Below, one piece after another: positions 33,173 to 41,854 of a DNA stretch of 44,868 nt; the first letter of the stretch is position 1; the number at the start of each line of letters is the position of its first letter. The position numbers and the translations under genes were made by a program. The notes under the pieces are model-generated. The model ran no database searches. It was not told where the DNA came from and worked only from the letters and a program-made list of their open reading frames with translations. Source of the stretch: Candidatus Onthousia faecipullorum (GTDB taxonomy: Bacteria; Bacillota_I; Bacilli_A; RF39; UBA660); contig DVKQ01000002.1 of the NCBI GenBank assembly GCA_018715925.1, forward strand, positions 1 to 44,868, in the 5' to 3' direction.

Positions 33173-35149
33173 ATGACAGATGAATTTAAACAAACTTTAT
33201 TTGACTACTTAATAGGTAAGTTACCTAACGAGCAAGGTGCTACTGAAGAGATATTTAAAGAGATTAATGAGATTTCTAGAGATGAGTGGGTTGATTTCTT
33301 GCCTAATGGTGGAACGTGGTCTGCTATGAGAATAGAAGGGCTAATAGTTCCTAGCGAAAACACAAACAATTTGACGGTAATTTATGGTGGTTATAGAGTC
33401 GATAATAATTCTAATGGATTTATTATACTTTTAGATAATAATTTTGTTCCAATAAAAAAATTTGAAGCATTTAATACTGGTACAAATTTGAGATATATTC
33501 AAAAAATGGAGATATCTGAAGATGGAACATTTTATGCAATAGATGATAATGTATACACTTATGATAACAGCGAGAACTCATATAATAGTCAAAAAAGATT
33601 TATTATGTTAAATAATTTTACTCAATTTTCAACAACTTTAAATGATTATGCATTATCATTACAACGTTCATATATACTACCAAGCAATTGTTTAAACTTT
33701 TATTGCAAATATATGACTAAAAATCCGAATTCTGCTCATTATTTCTTAGCAGGTTCATCTTCTAGTAACTATGATGGCAGTTGGGACTATGATGGAAGTA
33801 GATATATAGAATTAAAAATAAACGTTGGCAGTGAAAACGAATGGAAAACCGAAGCTACAAATGCAAGTACAGGACTTGTTATGCAATTTTCTGGTGTTTT
33901 TGCTATATTTAACGAGGATGATAAGGTTTCTTTCCGTTTCTTAACAACAAACGGTGGTGTTACTGGTGTATTGTATTCTCTTTTTAAAGATTTTGATTCT
34001 AATAGTTGGTCGAGTGAAAGAATTATTGAATTTAATATAGCATATTATGGTATTTCAAATTTCATAAATAAACAAGTTTGTTTTTTAAACATTGATGAAG
34101 TTTATTTTGTTTGTTCGAATTTGCAATTTTCAACAAATGTTTCTGGTGATTACAATAAAAATAAAGTAATTGGTATACATCATTATACTTTCTCAACAAA
34201 ACAACTTTCTACAATTCATCAAGAAGATTTTGGCCTAATAACATCTCCTGCATTAAAAAGAGGGATTAATTTAACTACTCTTAATAATGATTTATATATT
34301 CTTTATATAACAGATGATGATATGGATAACATAGCAGATTATTATTTATTTAGATATAAAGGTAATTGGTCTCCTAAATTAATAGCACAAGATAAGCCTT
34401 TTTGGTGGACTTATGCTGACATATTTATAAAAATAAATTTCAACTTATTACAAATGTTTGTTTATCAGTCTACATTATCAAGTAGTTATTGGAATCAAAT
34501 ACTTATTAAAGAGAATTATAATTCTTCAAACTATAACGGAGAACCCTATGTAAATACTAATGCACTAATACCAAACAGTGCAGAAATTTATTCAAATGAC
34601 AGTCTAGTGTTTGCTAGAAATCTCTATAATAAGACGATAAATAACAATACTACGGTATCTACAGTAGAAGTACCTAACACATATTTAAATAACATTGATT
34701 TAACTAGCAAAAACCTATTATCTGAGACTAACTTAACAATGGTAGCAGATACAAACGTTACTCAAAAGAACATCTATGAAACAATGTTCTTAAACTTCAT
34801 AAACGTACTGCAAGTAGCTGGCAGAAATAATGTTACTCAAGTATTAAACCAAGAGGCTAGTACTTATCTAAATAGCGCTATCAACACAGATGATAGTTAT
34901 GACAATGCTAAGTTATATAATAAAGTAATAATCAATTATCAAGATGGTAGTAGTAAAGAAAGCTCTTACAGTCTTGAAAACACTACAGAAACGTCTACTG
35001 TTATAGCTTTTGGTTTATACATAGATAAGTTAATAAATAATGCAGAAATAGTCTCTAATGACAAGACTATTACATATCAAACAATAGATTTATCAAGTCT
35101 AGAATTAAATAAATATTATGCAATTAGACAAAAAATGGAGGTGGTTTAA
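33173..35149 (+). CDS. large baseplate / tail-tip structural protein (Tal or receptor-binding candidate)
   Basis: Called from its position after Dit. It is Asn/Tyr-rich and beta-rich, and I recognise no lytic domain. Confidence 0.35.
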   Translation: MTDEFKQTLFDYLIGKLPNEQGATEEIFKEINEISRDEWVDFLPNGGTWSAMRIEGLIVPSENTNNLTVIYGGYRVDNNSNGFIILLDNNFVPIKKFEAFNTGTNLRYIQKMEISEDGTFYAIDDNVYTYDNSENSYNSQKRFIMLNNFTQFSTTLNDYALSLQRSYILPSNCLNFYCKYMTKNPNSAHYFLAGSSSSNYDGSWDYDGSRYIELKINVGSENEWKTEATNASTGLVMQFSGVFAIFNEDDKVSFRFLTTNGGVTGVLYSLFKDFDSNSWSSERIIEFNIAYYGISNFINKQVCFLNIDEVYFVCSNLQFSTNVSGDYNKNKVIGIHHYTFSTKQLSTIHQEDFGLITSPALKRGINLTTLNNDLYILYITDDDMDNIADYYLFRYKGNWSPKLIAQDKPFWWTYADIFIKINFNLLQMFVYQSTLSSSYWNQILIKENYNSSNYNGEPYVNTNALIPNSAEIYSNDSLVFARNLYNKTINNNTTVSTVEVPNTYLNNIDLTSKNLLSETNLTMVADTNVTQKNIYETMFLNFINVLQVAGRNNVTQVLNQEASTYLNSAINTDDSYDNAKLYNKVIINYQDGSSKESSYSLENTTETSTVIAFGLYIDKLINNAEIVSNDKTITYQTIDLSSLELNKYYAIRQKMEVV

Positions 35150-35323
35150 TTGATAGAAATTTATAATGAAAAAGAAAATTTTCAAACAGACCCTAATATC
35201 CCTGAAGTAAATAAAGTAACTGATGATGATATGAACCAATTAAGGGAAGCAGTCATACAAGGTGTCTATCAAGGTACTTGTACAGACGAAGAATTAGAAC
35301 AAGCGATAGCAGAAAGTGATTAA
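35150..35323 (+). CDS. 57-aa tail-associated protein (not in the ORF track)
   Basis: The TTG start lies directly after GGAGGTGGT-TTAA. Translation: IEIYNEKENFQTDPNIPEVNKVTDDDMNQLREAV... Confidence 0.45.
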   Translation: MIEIYNEKENFQTDPNIPEVNKVTDDDMNQLREAVIQGVYQGTCTDEELEQAIAESD

Positions 35324-35341
35324 GAAAGGAAAGTGATAATA

Positions 35342-35422
35342 ATGAATAAAGTTTACAATATGTTACATGGGGGGGGGGGAGCTTACTGCTTAACTCCTCT
35401 TACGAAAGGAGGGAGAGGCTAG
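35342..35422 (+). CDS. 26-aa leader ORF containing a G11 tract
   Basis: ATG follows GAAAGTGAT-AATA. It reads MNKVYNMLHGGGGAYCLTPLTKGGRG in the 11-G phase; other tract lengths change the stop position. Confidence 0.3.
   Translation: MNKVYNMLHGGGGAYCLTPLTKGGRG
35369..35379. repeat. homopolymeric G11 tract
   Basis: Counted directly (g35369..g35379). It is highly atypical for this AT-rich sequence. Confidence 0.9.
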
Positions 35423-35425
35423 TAA

Positions 35426-35438
35426 TTAATTCTCTCTC
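35426..35438. repeat. 13-bp inverted repeat, left copy (TTAATTCTCTCTC, continuing into (TC)5)
   Basis: Perfect reverse complement of 36235..36247. Confidence 0.8.
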
Positions 35439-35455
35439 TCAAAAGAGGTGGGACT

Positions 35456-35797
35456 ATGAGTAATAGTGTGCTTAAAGATAAAGACGAGAAAATATTGAAC
35501 CCAAAAATTCCAAGATATGAAAAATTTAAAAGACAGTTTGAAAGTGGAGAAATATTAACTAATCAAATGACCGATGGACAAATTGGAGGTATAACAGGAG
35601 CTTACTATAATTTGACATTTAAAAAAAGTTACAATACTGTACCTAAGATTCTTTTAGAGCCTAAAACTAAAGTTGATAATATGGGGTTTGTTCAAACACT
35701 TGTTGAAAATTTAAGCACAACAGGGTGCAGAATATGGATAAATTCTCAACCACACTCAAATAATTATAGTGTTATGTATTTCATATTCGAAGAATGA
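35456..35797 (+). CDS. fibre/receptor-binding-like cassette 1 (113 aa)
   Basis: SD is AAGAGGTGGG. The N-terminus MSNSVLKDKDEKILNPKIPRYE is shared with the two downstream ORFs, while the C-terminus is unrelated. Confidence 0.55.
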   Translation: MSNSVLKDKDEKILNPKIPRYEKFKRQFESGEILTNQMTDGQIGGITGAYYNLTFKKSYNTVPKILLEPKTKVDNMGFVQTLVENLSTTGCRIWINSQPHSNNYSVMYFIFEE

Positions 35798-35831
35798 GTA
35801 TAACTCATAGTTAAGCTAAAAAGCGAAATAT

Positions 35832-36236
35832 GTGAATGAAGTATTGAAAGATAAAAACGGAAATATATTGAACCCTAAAATTCCAAGATACGAATACAAT
35901 TTATATACAAATGAAGAACCTATTAAAACAGGACGCAAAATAAATGGCAAAAATGAATATGTAAAAAGGGTATCTATTCCTCAATTACCAAATAATGGTA
36001 GTTTAGAAATAGGCACTGGTTTGAACATTAACGAAATAAAAGTAATTGATTTAAAAGGTTTAGCTTATAGAAGTTCAGACAACACATATATTCCGCTACC
36101 ATTTATTAGCATGGCTGGAATAAATATTGGTCTTAACACAAAAGTGATAGATAATATATTGAACATATTAATTGAAACTAGTAGTGATAGGACTAATTTT
36201 ACTGGTTGGGCAGAAGTTAGTTTTATATATAATTGA
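35832..36236 (+). CDS. fibre/receptor-binding-like cassette 2 (134 aa)
   Basis: GTG start with no SD. N-terminus NEVLKDKNGNILNPKIPRYE and a divergent C-terminus. Confidence 0.45.
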   Translation: MNEVLKDKNGNILNPKIPRYEYNLYTNEEPIKTGRKINGKNEYVKRVSIPQLPNNGSLEIGTGLNINEIKVIDLKGLAYRSSDNTYIPLPFISMAGINIGLNTKVIDNILNILIETSSDRTNFTGWAEVSFIYN

Positions 36237-36247
36237 GAGAGAATTAA
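36235..36247. repeat. 13-bp inverted repeat, right copy (GAGAGAGAATTAA)
   Basis: Perfect reverse complement of 35426..35438. Confidence 0.8.
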
Positions 36248-36259
36248 ATAGCCGTTTAT

Positions 36260-36667
36260 ATGGCAAATAATGTATTAAAAGATAAAGATAATAATATATT
36301 AAATCCTAAAATTCCACGATACGAAAATCTTAAAAATTATTCAGAGGAAGAGCAACTTGTTGGTAATTATCTTAGTAGACCATTATATAGAAAAGTTGTA
36401 GAATTTGGTGCTTTTCCGAGTAACGGCCAAAGAACAGTAAATCATAATATATCAGATTTAGATGACATAATGTGGTTTAATTACTGTTGGTTTGATACTT
36501 CTGACCATAAATGGTTTAGTGGACCAAGAGTTGATAGCTCTTCTGTTATTTGTAAAGTTGCAGTTAATGACACATCGTTAATTATTGAAGGTTTAGGTAA
36601 TGTTGCCTGGGCTGATAGAACAATTAAAGGAAAATGTACAATTTATTATCATAAAACGACAGATTAA
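36260..36667 (+). CDS. fibre/receptor-binding-like cassette 3 (135 aa)
   Basis: ATG with no SD. N-terminus MANNVLKDKDNNILNPKIPRYE and a divergent C-terminus. Confidence 0.45.
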   Translation: MANNVLKDKDNNILNPKIPRYENLKNYSEEEQLVGNYLSRPLYRKVVEFGAFPSNGQRTVNHNISDLDDIMWFNYCWFDTSDHKWFSGPRVDSSSVICKVAVNDTSLIIEGLGNVAWADRTIKGKCTIYYHKTTD

Positions 36668-36679
36668 AAAGGAGGAACA

Positions 36680-37288
36680 ATGGATGAAATAATTAATTTA
36701 GCAAAGGAGATAGGACAGTTTATAGCATTTATTATAGTGTCTTTATTCTTTTGCAAACAATATCTAAATCAATATTTCAAGAAGACAAATGTAGGTAAAA
36801 TGTTACCTAAACAGAATAAATTAGATTTAGAAATACTTAACAAGCTAGAGTATGTAAAAGAGATACTTAATGCTGATAGGATTCATGTTTACGAGTTTCA
36901 TAATGGAGAACATTATTCTGATTATAGATCTGCCTATAAGTTCTCTTGTACATATGAAGTTTTTAAAGCAGGAAATCAGCCTGTTCAACAGAAGTGTATA
37001 AATTTGCCTACAAACTGTATGCCACAATTCGTTCATCGAATTACTGAAGATGGTAAGTTTATCTGTAAAGATTTAGAAGAACTTAAAACATCTATGCCTA
37101 GCACATATAACTTCAAAAAGAGTATAAATGTAGGTTCTTTCTATGATATAGCAATTCACAATAAAGAAGGCAATATAATAGGTTTTATCGCTATTCATTG
37201 GTTAGATAAAAATAATATGAAAGTAAATAAAGATGCGATTAATCAACTTGTATGGTATGTTGAGGAGCATCTTATTAATTCAAAGTAA
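36680..37288 (+). CDS. N-terminally membrane-anchored protein of unknown function
   Basis: SD is AAAGGAGGAA. TM helix IGQFIAFIIVSLFF followed by a ~160-aa soluble domain. It lies between the fibre cassettes and the holin. Confidence 0.5.
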   Translation: MDEIINLAKEIGQFIAFIIVSLFFCKQYLNQYFKKTNVGKMLPKQNKLDLEILNKLEYVKEILNADRIHVYEFHNGEHYSDYRSAYKFSCTYEVFKAGNQPVQQKCINLPTNCMPQFVHRITEDGKFICKDLEELKTSMPSTYNFKKSINVGSFYDIAIHNKEGNIIGFIAIHWLDKNNMKVNKDAINQLVWYVEEHLINSK

Positions 37289-37304
37289 GAAAGGAGATGA
37301 AACT

Positions 37305-37553
37305 ATGGAAATAACTTATGTAGTGATCATAGCAATAGTAGCTTATATTTTAGGTGCTATCACAAAAATATTTATCGATAATGTACCTAATAAATATATT
37401 CCTATACAGAATGTTTTAGTAGGTATAATTAGTGCCTTAATATGCTATTTTACAGGTATTGAGTCAAGTTTACTACAAGCATTAGTGTTATGCTTAGTAG
37501 CAACAATGGGAGCCGGTGGAATAGCTGATTTAATTAATATTAAAAATAAGTAG
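37305..37553 (+). CDS. holin
   Basis: The ATG at 37305 lies behind AAAGGAGA. The protein is 82 aa with several TM helices and a charged C-terminus (NIKNK), upstream of the endolysin. Confidence 0.75.
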   Translation: MEITYVVIIAIVAYILGAITKIFIDNVPNKYIPIQNVLVGIISALICYFTGIESSLLQALVLCLVATMGAGGIADLINIKNK

Positions 37554-37571
37554 AGAAAGGAAAGTGAAAAT

Positions 37572-37844
37572 ATGATTAATGATAAAATGTTAGATTTATG
37601 CAAAGAAGTAGTAGTTAATTATTTCAATGACAATGTTGATAAAACTGATGGATTAAAAATAAATAAGGATAATGTCTTTATTGTATGGTTTAGTAAAACA
37701 TTACAAAACTTTAAAGCATTAGTAAGTACTACTGTCTCAGACGGTATGTATTATGAACTAACTTACAATGGAGATAAGAAAGAACTATACTTAGATGCTT
37801 ATAAAAAATGGGAAAATAAGTGTATTAAAGTAGAGGAGGAATAA
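37572..37844 (+). CDS. hypothetical protein in the lysis cassette
   Basis: SD is GAAAGGAAAGTGA. Confidence 0.5.
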   Translation: MINDKMLDLCKEVVVNYFNDNVDKTDGLKINKDNVFIVWFSKTLQNFKALVSTTVSDGMYYELTYNGDKKELYLDAYKKWENKCIKVEEE

Positions 37845-37846
37845 TT

Positions 37847-38833
37847 ATGACTAAAGTATTTGGTATAGATATATCAGTTTGGCAAAAAGATATGAACTTA
37901 GAAACTGCTAAAAATGAAGGTGTTAAATTTGCAATAATTAGAGGCATGTATGGTAATGCAAAAGATGTTGCTTTTGAAAGCAATTATACTAAGGCCAAAA
38001 ATGCAGGTTTAGATGTTGGTGTTTATCAATGGAGCAGAGCTGCTAATGTTGCTCAAGCAAGGGAGGAAGCTCAATTATTGATTGAACATTGTTTAAAAGG
38101 TAAAAAGTTTGAGTACCCTATTTATATAGATGTGGAAGATAGAATATTAATTAATTTATCAGTACAAGAGCTAACAGATTTAATTACAGCATGGTGTGAA
38201 ACATTAGAAAATGCAGGTTATTTTACTGGTGTTTATATGAACCAATCTTGTTTTAATAACGAAATTAAAGGACAAGAAATAGCCGAGAAATATTCTCAAT
38301 GGAGAGCATATTGGACTACGGAAAATAAGAAACCTAATTGTCAGATGTGGCAATTTGGTGGTGAAACTAACTGTGTTAGAACTAACAAAGTAGCTGGTGT
38401 TGTTTGTGATCAAGATTATGCGTACGAAGATTTTCCAAGCGTTATAAAAAATGCGGGTTTAAATGGTTATAGTAAAGATAGTAGTTCATCAAATAGTCAT
38501 CAAATAAACACTGATACAACTAGTGAAGAAACAGTTTATACTGTTGTTAGTGGAGATACCTTAAGCGGTATTGCTAGCAGATATGGAACTACTTATCAAA
38601 GACTAGCAGAATATAATGGAATAAGTAATCCTAACCTTATTTATCCAGGACAACAAATAAGAATACCTGGAAGTAGTCAAAGTTCTAATCCTATTTATTA
38701 CACTGTTGTAACTGGTGATAATCTTACTAAAATAGCAAATAGGTATGGTACTACAGTTAATCGATTGGTTGCTTGGAATAATATATCTAATCCTAATCTA
38801 ATATATCCAGGACAAAAGTTAAGAGTTAAATAA
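37847..38833 (+). CDS. endolysin: GH25 muramidase plus two LysM repeats
   Basis: FGIDISVWQ...IIRG...YIDVE are GH25 hallmarks. Two copies of YTVV.GD.L..IA.RYGTT...L...[13 protein letters not shown] are present. Confidence 0.9.
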   Translation: MTKVFGIDISVWQKDMNLETAKNEGVKFAIIRGMYGNAKDVAFESNYTKAKNAGLDVGVYQWSRAANVAQAREEAQLLIEHCLKGKKFEYPIYIDVEDRILINLSVQELTDLITAWCETLENAGYFTGVYMNQSCFNNEIKGQEIAEKYSQWRAYWTTENKKPNCQMWQFGGETNCVRTNKVAGVVCDQDYAYEDFPSVIKNAGLNGYSKDSSSSNSHQINTDTTSEETVYTVVSGDTLSGIASRYGTTYQRLAEYNGISNPNLIYPGQQIRIPGSSQSSNPIYYTVVTGDNLTKIANRYGTTVNRLVAWNNISNPNLIYPGQKLRVK

Positions 38834-38836
38834 CAA

Positions 38837-38870
38837 AGGTAGAGTCTTAACTGGCTCTACCTGTTTTTTG
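38837..38870 (+). terminator. rho-independent terminator after the endolysin gene
   Basis: GGTAGAG ... CTCTACC followed by TGTTTTTTG. Confidence 0.7.
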
Positions 38871-38900
38871 TTGGAAAAATGTCTATTAAAACATTTCTTA

Positions 38901-38965
38901 TAATCTGATAAAATCGTGCATAATCTAATATAATCTGATATAATATGTTAAAAAGTGTTAAAAAG
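38901..38965. repeat. cluster of short direct repeats near attR (candidate Int/Xis arm sites)
   Basis: TAATCTGATA (38901), TAATCTAATA (38921), TAATCTGATA (38931), and a tandem GTTAAAAAGT x2 (38946-38965). Confidence 0.4.
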
Positions 38966-39134
38966 TGATACAGTGCTACATTTGTTCTTTTAATTCTATG
39001 TCATTAGATGGTAGTGTAGCGAGTTGTATTTATCCAATATTATAAAAATTGACAGAGCCATAGAAATATGGCTCGCCCCCTAAAAAAGCAACTAGGTTAA
39101 TAGCCTAGTTTTCTTTATATAATTTGTGTGGTTT

Positions 39135-39148
39135 TTTTGTGGTAAACC
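39135..39148. repeat. arm-type repeat TTTTGTGGTAAACC (copy 2)
   Basis: Identical to 4685..4698. Confidence 0.4.
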
Positions 39149-39193
39149 TCAAATGTTTTTAGTTGTTTCTAACTATTAGTACCTCTCAAACAT

Positions 39194-39220
39194 AAGAAAA
39201 ACAACCATTTCTGGTTGTTT
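39194..39220 (-). terminator. terminator downstream of the tRNA (phage-supplied, minus strand)
   Basis: AAACAACCA-GAAA-TGGTTGTTT followed by TTTTCT on the minus strand. Confidence 0.55.
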
Positions 39221-39233
39221 GAAAAATCATCCG

Positions 39234-39248
39234 TGGTAGCCTGTACGG
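39234..39248. repeat. attR core
   Basis: TGGTAGCCTGTACGG is identical to 4632..4646 and forms the 3' end of the tRNA. Confidence 0.8.
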
Positions 39249-39310
39249 GTTTTGAACCCGTGAATACGAGCTTGAGAGGCGCGCGTGTTAAACCACTTCA
39301 CCAACAGGCC
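39234..39310 (-). tRNA. tRNA, folded by hand as tRNA-Glu (anticodon CUC)
   Basis: Minus-strand sequence: GGCCTGT TG GTG.AAGTGGTTTAA.CAC G CGCGC CTCTCAA GCTCG TATTC ACGGG TTCAAAA CCCGT ACAGGCT A CCA. It closely resembles B. subtilis tRNA-Glu in architecture, with one C/T mismatch in the anticodon stem. Confidence 0.7.
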
Positions 39311-39419
39311 ATAACAAGTTACTAATAAATTTTAGCACACTTTTTTTAAACATGCAATACTTGCAGTGAATAAAAATATATGATATAATACTCTTCCTAT
39401 GGGAAAGGCAGTGATTTAA

Positions 39420-40247
39420 ATGATAAGCTTACCATTAATGATAAATGATGTAATATTAAAAGTTACAATTAATTTTAAGAATGTGGAAATAAAAAAAGAT
39501 AGATTAGATTCAGGGGCAAAAGATGTAAAAGAAAGTGATATCGTTATTGGTAAAACTCATCTTAAACCTTATGAAGATAGTAAGAAGCCTATTACAGATC
39601 CTAAAGCTATTACAGATTTTATTAGGAGAAATATTAATTATGGTGGTAAAAATGTTAATTATATTGAAGTAAATACTAAAAAATATAAAGATAAGGATTT
39701 TTATGATACCTATATAATTCCTATTCCTAATTATAAACCTAATGAAATTAATGATTATATATATGGTATGCTTGTTAATAATATTAGACTTAGTAGTCCA
39801 GATAGAATAAAGAAAACAAATATATCGCTAGCTGATATTGGTTTTGATGAATTATTTAATGGAGAATTTTATAATAAAATTGCAAGTGTTAAAGGCAACA
39901 ATCCTAACTCACTTTATATAAGAAATAGTTTAATGAATGCTGGCTGCGAAAAACAATTAGAAATATTGGATTTTTTTAATAATTTAGATTATGAAATTAG
40001 TAAAAACAGTGATGTTATATTAACTGATGAACTAGATACTGTAAATTCTTTCTTTAAAGATTCTAATAAGATAAATAATTTCTTAACTAATTATAAAAAC
40101 ATTGCTATAAGTAATTATGATAGTTACATGTATCTAGCTGCTTTAAATACCATAGTAAATGGAAGAAATTTAGAGTGGCCAGTACTTTCAGAAGAACAAC
40201 AAAAAATACTTATCAAAAAGTTAAATTCTAATAGTAGGGCTGCTTAG
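39420..40247 (+). CDS. hypothetical protein
   Basis: ATG follows AGTGAT-TTAA. It appears to form an operon with tcdA (2-nt gap). Confidence 0.55.
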   Translation: MISLPLMINDVILKVTINFKNVEIKKDRLDSGAKDVKESDIVIGKTHLKPYEDSKKPITDPKAITDFIRRNINYGGKNVNYIEVNTKKYKDKDFYDTYIIPIPNYKPNEINDYIYGMLVNNIRLSSPDRIKKTNISLADIGFDELFNGEFYNKIASVKGNNPNSLYIRNSLMNAGCEKQLEILDFFNNLDYEISKNSDVILTDELDTVNSFFKDSNKINNFLTNYKNIAISNYDSYMYLAALNTIVNGRNLEWPVLSEEQQKILIKKLNSNSRAA

Positions 40248-40249
40248 TT

Positions 40250-40933
40250 ATGAAGTTTAATAGATTAGAGAACTTAATAGGAGCTTTATCTTTAGAGAAG
40301 TTAAAGAACTCTACTATTCTAGTTATTGGACTTGGTGGAGTAGGGGGATATGTTGTAGAAGCTCTTGCTAGAAGTGGTATTGGTAATTTAATATTAGTAG
40401 ATTATGATATAGTTGATATTACTAATTTTAATAGACAAATAGTCGCTATTAATGATAATATTGGCAAATATAAAGTAGATTGTTTTAAGGAAAGAATAGA
40501 AAGTATTAATGAAGAGTGTAATGTTACTATTTATAACTTAAAAATAGATAATGATAATATAAAAGATATTTTTAATGCTAAAATAGATTTTGTAATAGAT
40601 TCAGTTGATGATATTAGGGCAAAGGTATCTATAATTAATTATTGTCTAGAACATAATATAGACTTTATTAGTTCTATGGGCACTGGTAATAGATTAGATC
40701 CAAGTAAATTAACTATTACAACGTTAAATAAAACTTACAATGATCCACTAGCAAGAATTATACGTTCTAAATTTGATAAAAATATACAGAAAAAAATAAC
40801 AGTTTGTCTATCTTTAGAACTTCCTTTAAAAGTTACTGATAAAACTGTTATTGGCTCAAATGCTTTTGTACCTAGTAGTGCAGGGCTTTTAATAGCAAGT
40901 CATATTATTAGAAAGATAAACGAGACTAAGTAA
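40250..40933 (+). CDS. tcdA: ThiF/MoeB-family tRNA threonylcarbamoyladenosine dehydratase
   Basis: LKNSTILVIGLGGVGGYVVEALARSGIGNLILVDYD.V..TN.NRQ is a Rossmann E1-like motif, and the ~230-aa length is typical of TcdA/CsdL. Confidence 0.75.
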   Translation: MKFNRLENLIGALSLEKLKNSTILVIGLGGVGGYVVEALARSGIGNLILVDYDIVDITNFNRQIVAINDNIGKYKVDCFKERIESINEECNVTIYNLKIDNDNIKDIFNAKIDFVIDSVDDIRAKVSIINYCLEHNIDFISSMGTGNRLDPSKLTITTLNKTYNDPLARIIRSKFDKNIQKKITVCLSLELPLKVTDKTVIGSNAFVPSSAGLLIASHIIRKINETK

Positions 40934-40945
40934 TTTAGCCTCGTT

Positions 40946-41563
40946 TTAAAATTTTCTATATAGTCCTACAACTTTACCTAGTATTGTAACTTCATCTAGT
41001 ATTATAGGGTCCATTGTATCATTTTCTGGTTGTAATCTAAAGTGTCCATTTTCTTTATAAAAAGTTTTAACAGTCGCTTCATTATTATTATTCATGGCAA
41101 CTACTGTATCACCGTTTTTAGCAGTACTTTGTCTTTCTACTATTAAGATATCTCCATCATATATACCTACATTAATCATAGATTCACCACTAACTTTTAA
41201 AGTAAATATCTCTTTTTGATTACCAAAAAGTTCTGTAGGTAAAGAAAATGTTTCATCAGGTCGTTCTATCGCTTCAATTGGAGTACCTGCAGTTACTTTA
41301 CCAAGAAGAGGAACCCTTACTATTTCATCATCATTATCTAAGTATTCATTGTCAACTAATACTTCAATAGTTCTATTAGTACCAGCACCTTTCTTAATAT
41401 AACCTTTCTTTACTAGTTGTTTAATATGAAAATGAATAGTAGCAGGGCTAGATAGTTTCGCTTCATCTCCTATTTCTCTAACAGTAGGTGGATACCCATT
41501 TTTAGCGATTAATTTCTTAATAATCTGTAATATATCATACTGTCTCTCAGTTAGTTTTTCCAT
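40946..41563 (-). CDS. lexA: LexA repressor
   Basis: MEKLTERQYDILQIIKK...GYPPTVREIG (wHTH), the Ala-Gly cleavage site in VTAGTP, and the S24 motifs GESM and K in VKTF. The start at 41563 lies behind AGGAGGAAG. Confidence 0.9.
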   Translation of the reverse strand: MEKLTERQYDILQIIKKLIAKNGYPPTVREIGDEAKLSSPATIHFHIKQLVKKGYIKKGAGTNRTIEVLVDNEYLDNDDEIVRVPLLGKVTAGTPIEAIERPDETFSLPTELFGNQKEIFTLKVSGESMINVGIYDGDILIVERQSTAKNGDTVVAMNNNNEATVKTFYKENGHFRLQPENDTMDPIILDEVTILGKVVGLYRKF

Positions 41564-41615
41564 TTTACACACTTCCTCCTTTATTTGTATATAGTTTAGC
41601 ATAGTAAGTGTAAAA

Positions 41616-41669
41616 TGTCAAACAAATCTTCGCAAATATATTGACATAAACAACTGTTCGATATAAAAT
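41616..41669. promoter_or_regulatory. divergent SOS-regulated promoters with two LexA boxes
   Basis: Minus strand: GAAGATTTGTTT (41620-41631) overlaps the -35 TTGACA of lexA. Plus strand: TTGACA (41641), a 17-nt spacer containing AAACAACTGTTC (41648-41659), then TAAAAT. Confidence 0.55.
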
Positions 41670-41695
41670 GATATCAGAAAGAAGGAGTGATAGAT

Positions 41696-41854
41696 ATGTT
41701 AAATTTAAAAAATATTTTAAAAACTGCTTTAGGAGTATGCCTAATCTATATAATGGCTGTTGTTCTTACTTTGTTTATGTGTGATAGAGTTAATGAGTTA
41801 GAAAGTAGTGAGGAGGAGTTAATAAATAGTAATGTTGTATTATCATTAAAATAG
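41696..41854 (+). CDS. 52-aa single-pass membrane protein divergent from lexA (candidate SOS cell-division inhibitor analogue)
   Basis: SD is GAAGGAG. Sequence: MLNLKNILKTALGVCLIYIMAVVLTLFMCDRVNELESSEEELINSNVVLSLK. Its promoter has a LexA box in the spacer. It is not in the ORF track. Confidence 0.45.
   Translation: MLNLKNILKTALGVCLIYIMAVVLTLFMCDRVNELESSEEELINSNVVLSLK

Larger units (their letters stand above)
4632..39248. mobile_element. integrated siphovirus-type temperate prophage (about 34.6 kb), apparently complete
   Basis: Bounded by 15-bp direct repeats at a tRNA 3' end. Integrase lies next to attL, and lysogeny, replication, packaging, head, tail and lysis modules follow in canonical order. 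Confidence 0.9.

Noticed and set aside
35426-36247. The 13-bp inverted repeats as the ends of a Gin/Cin-type invertible tail-fibre segment.
   Set aside because: No serine or tyrosine invertase is nearby. All three cassettes face the same way, so inversion would not swap a variable 3' part onto a constant 5' part. The repeat is low-complexity (TC/GA). It is mentioned in a finding but is not called a shufflon.
39000-39060. A second tRNA-like element near attR, suggested by the shared TAGTGTAG octamer with 18922-18929.
   Set aside because: I could not fold a cloverleaf. Only an 8-mer match and an unrelated GAGCCATA/TATGGCTC hairpin are present.
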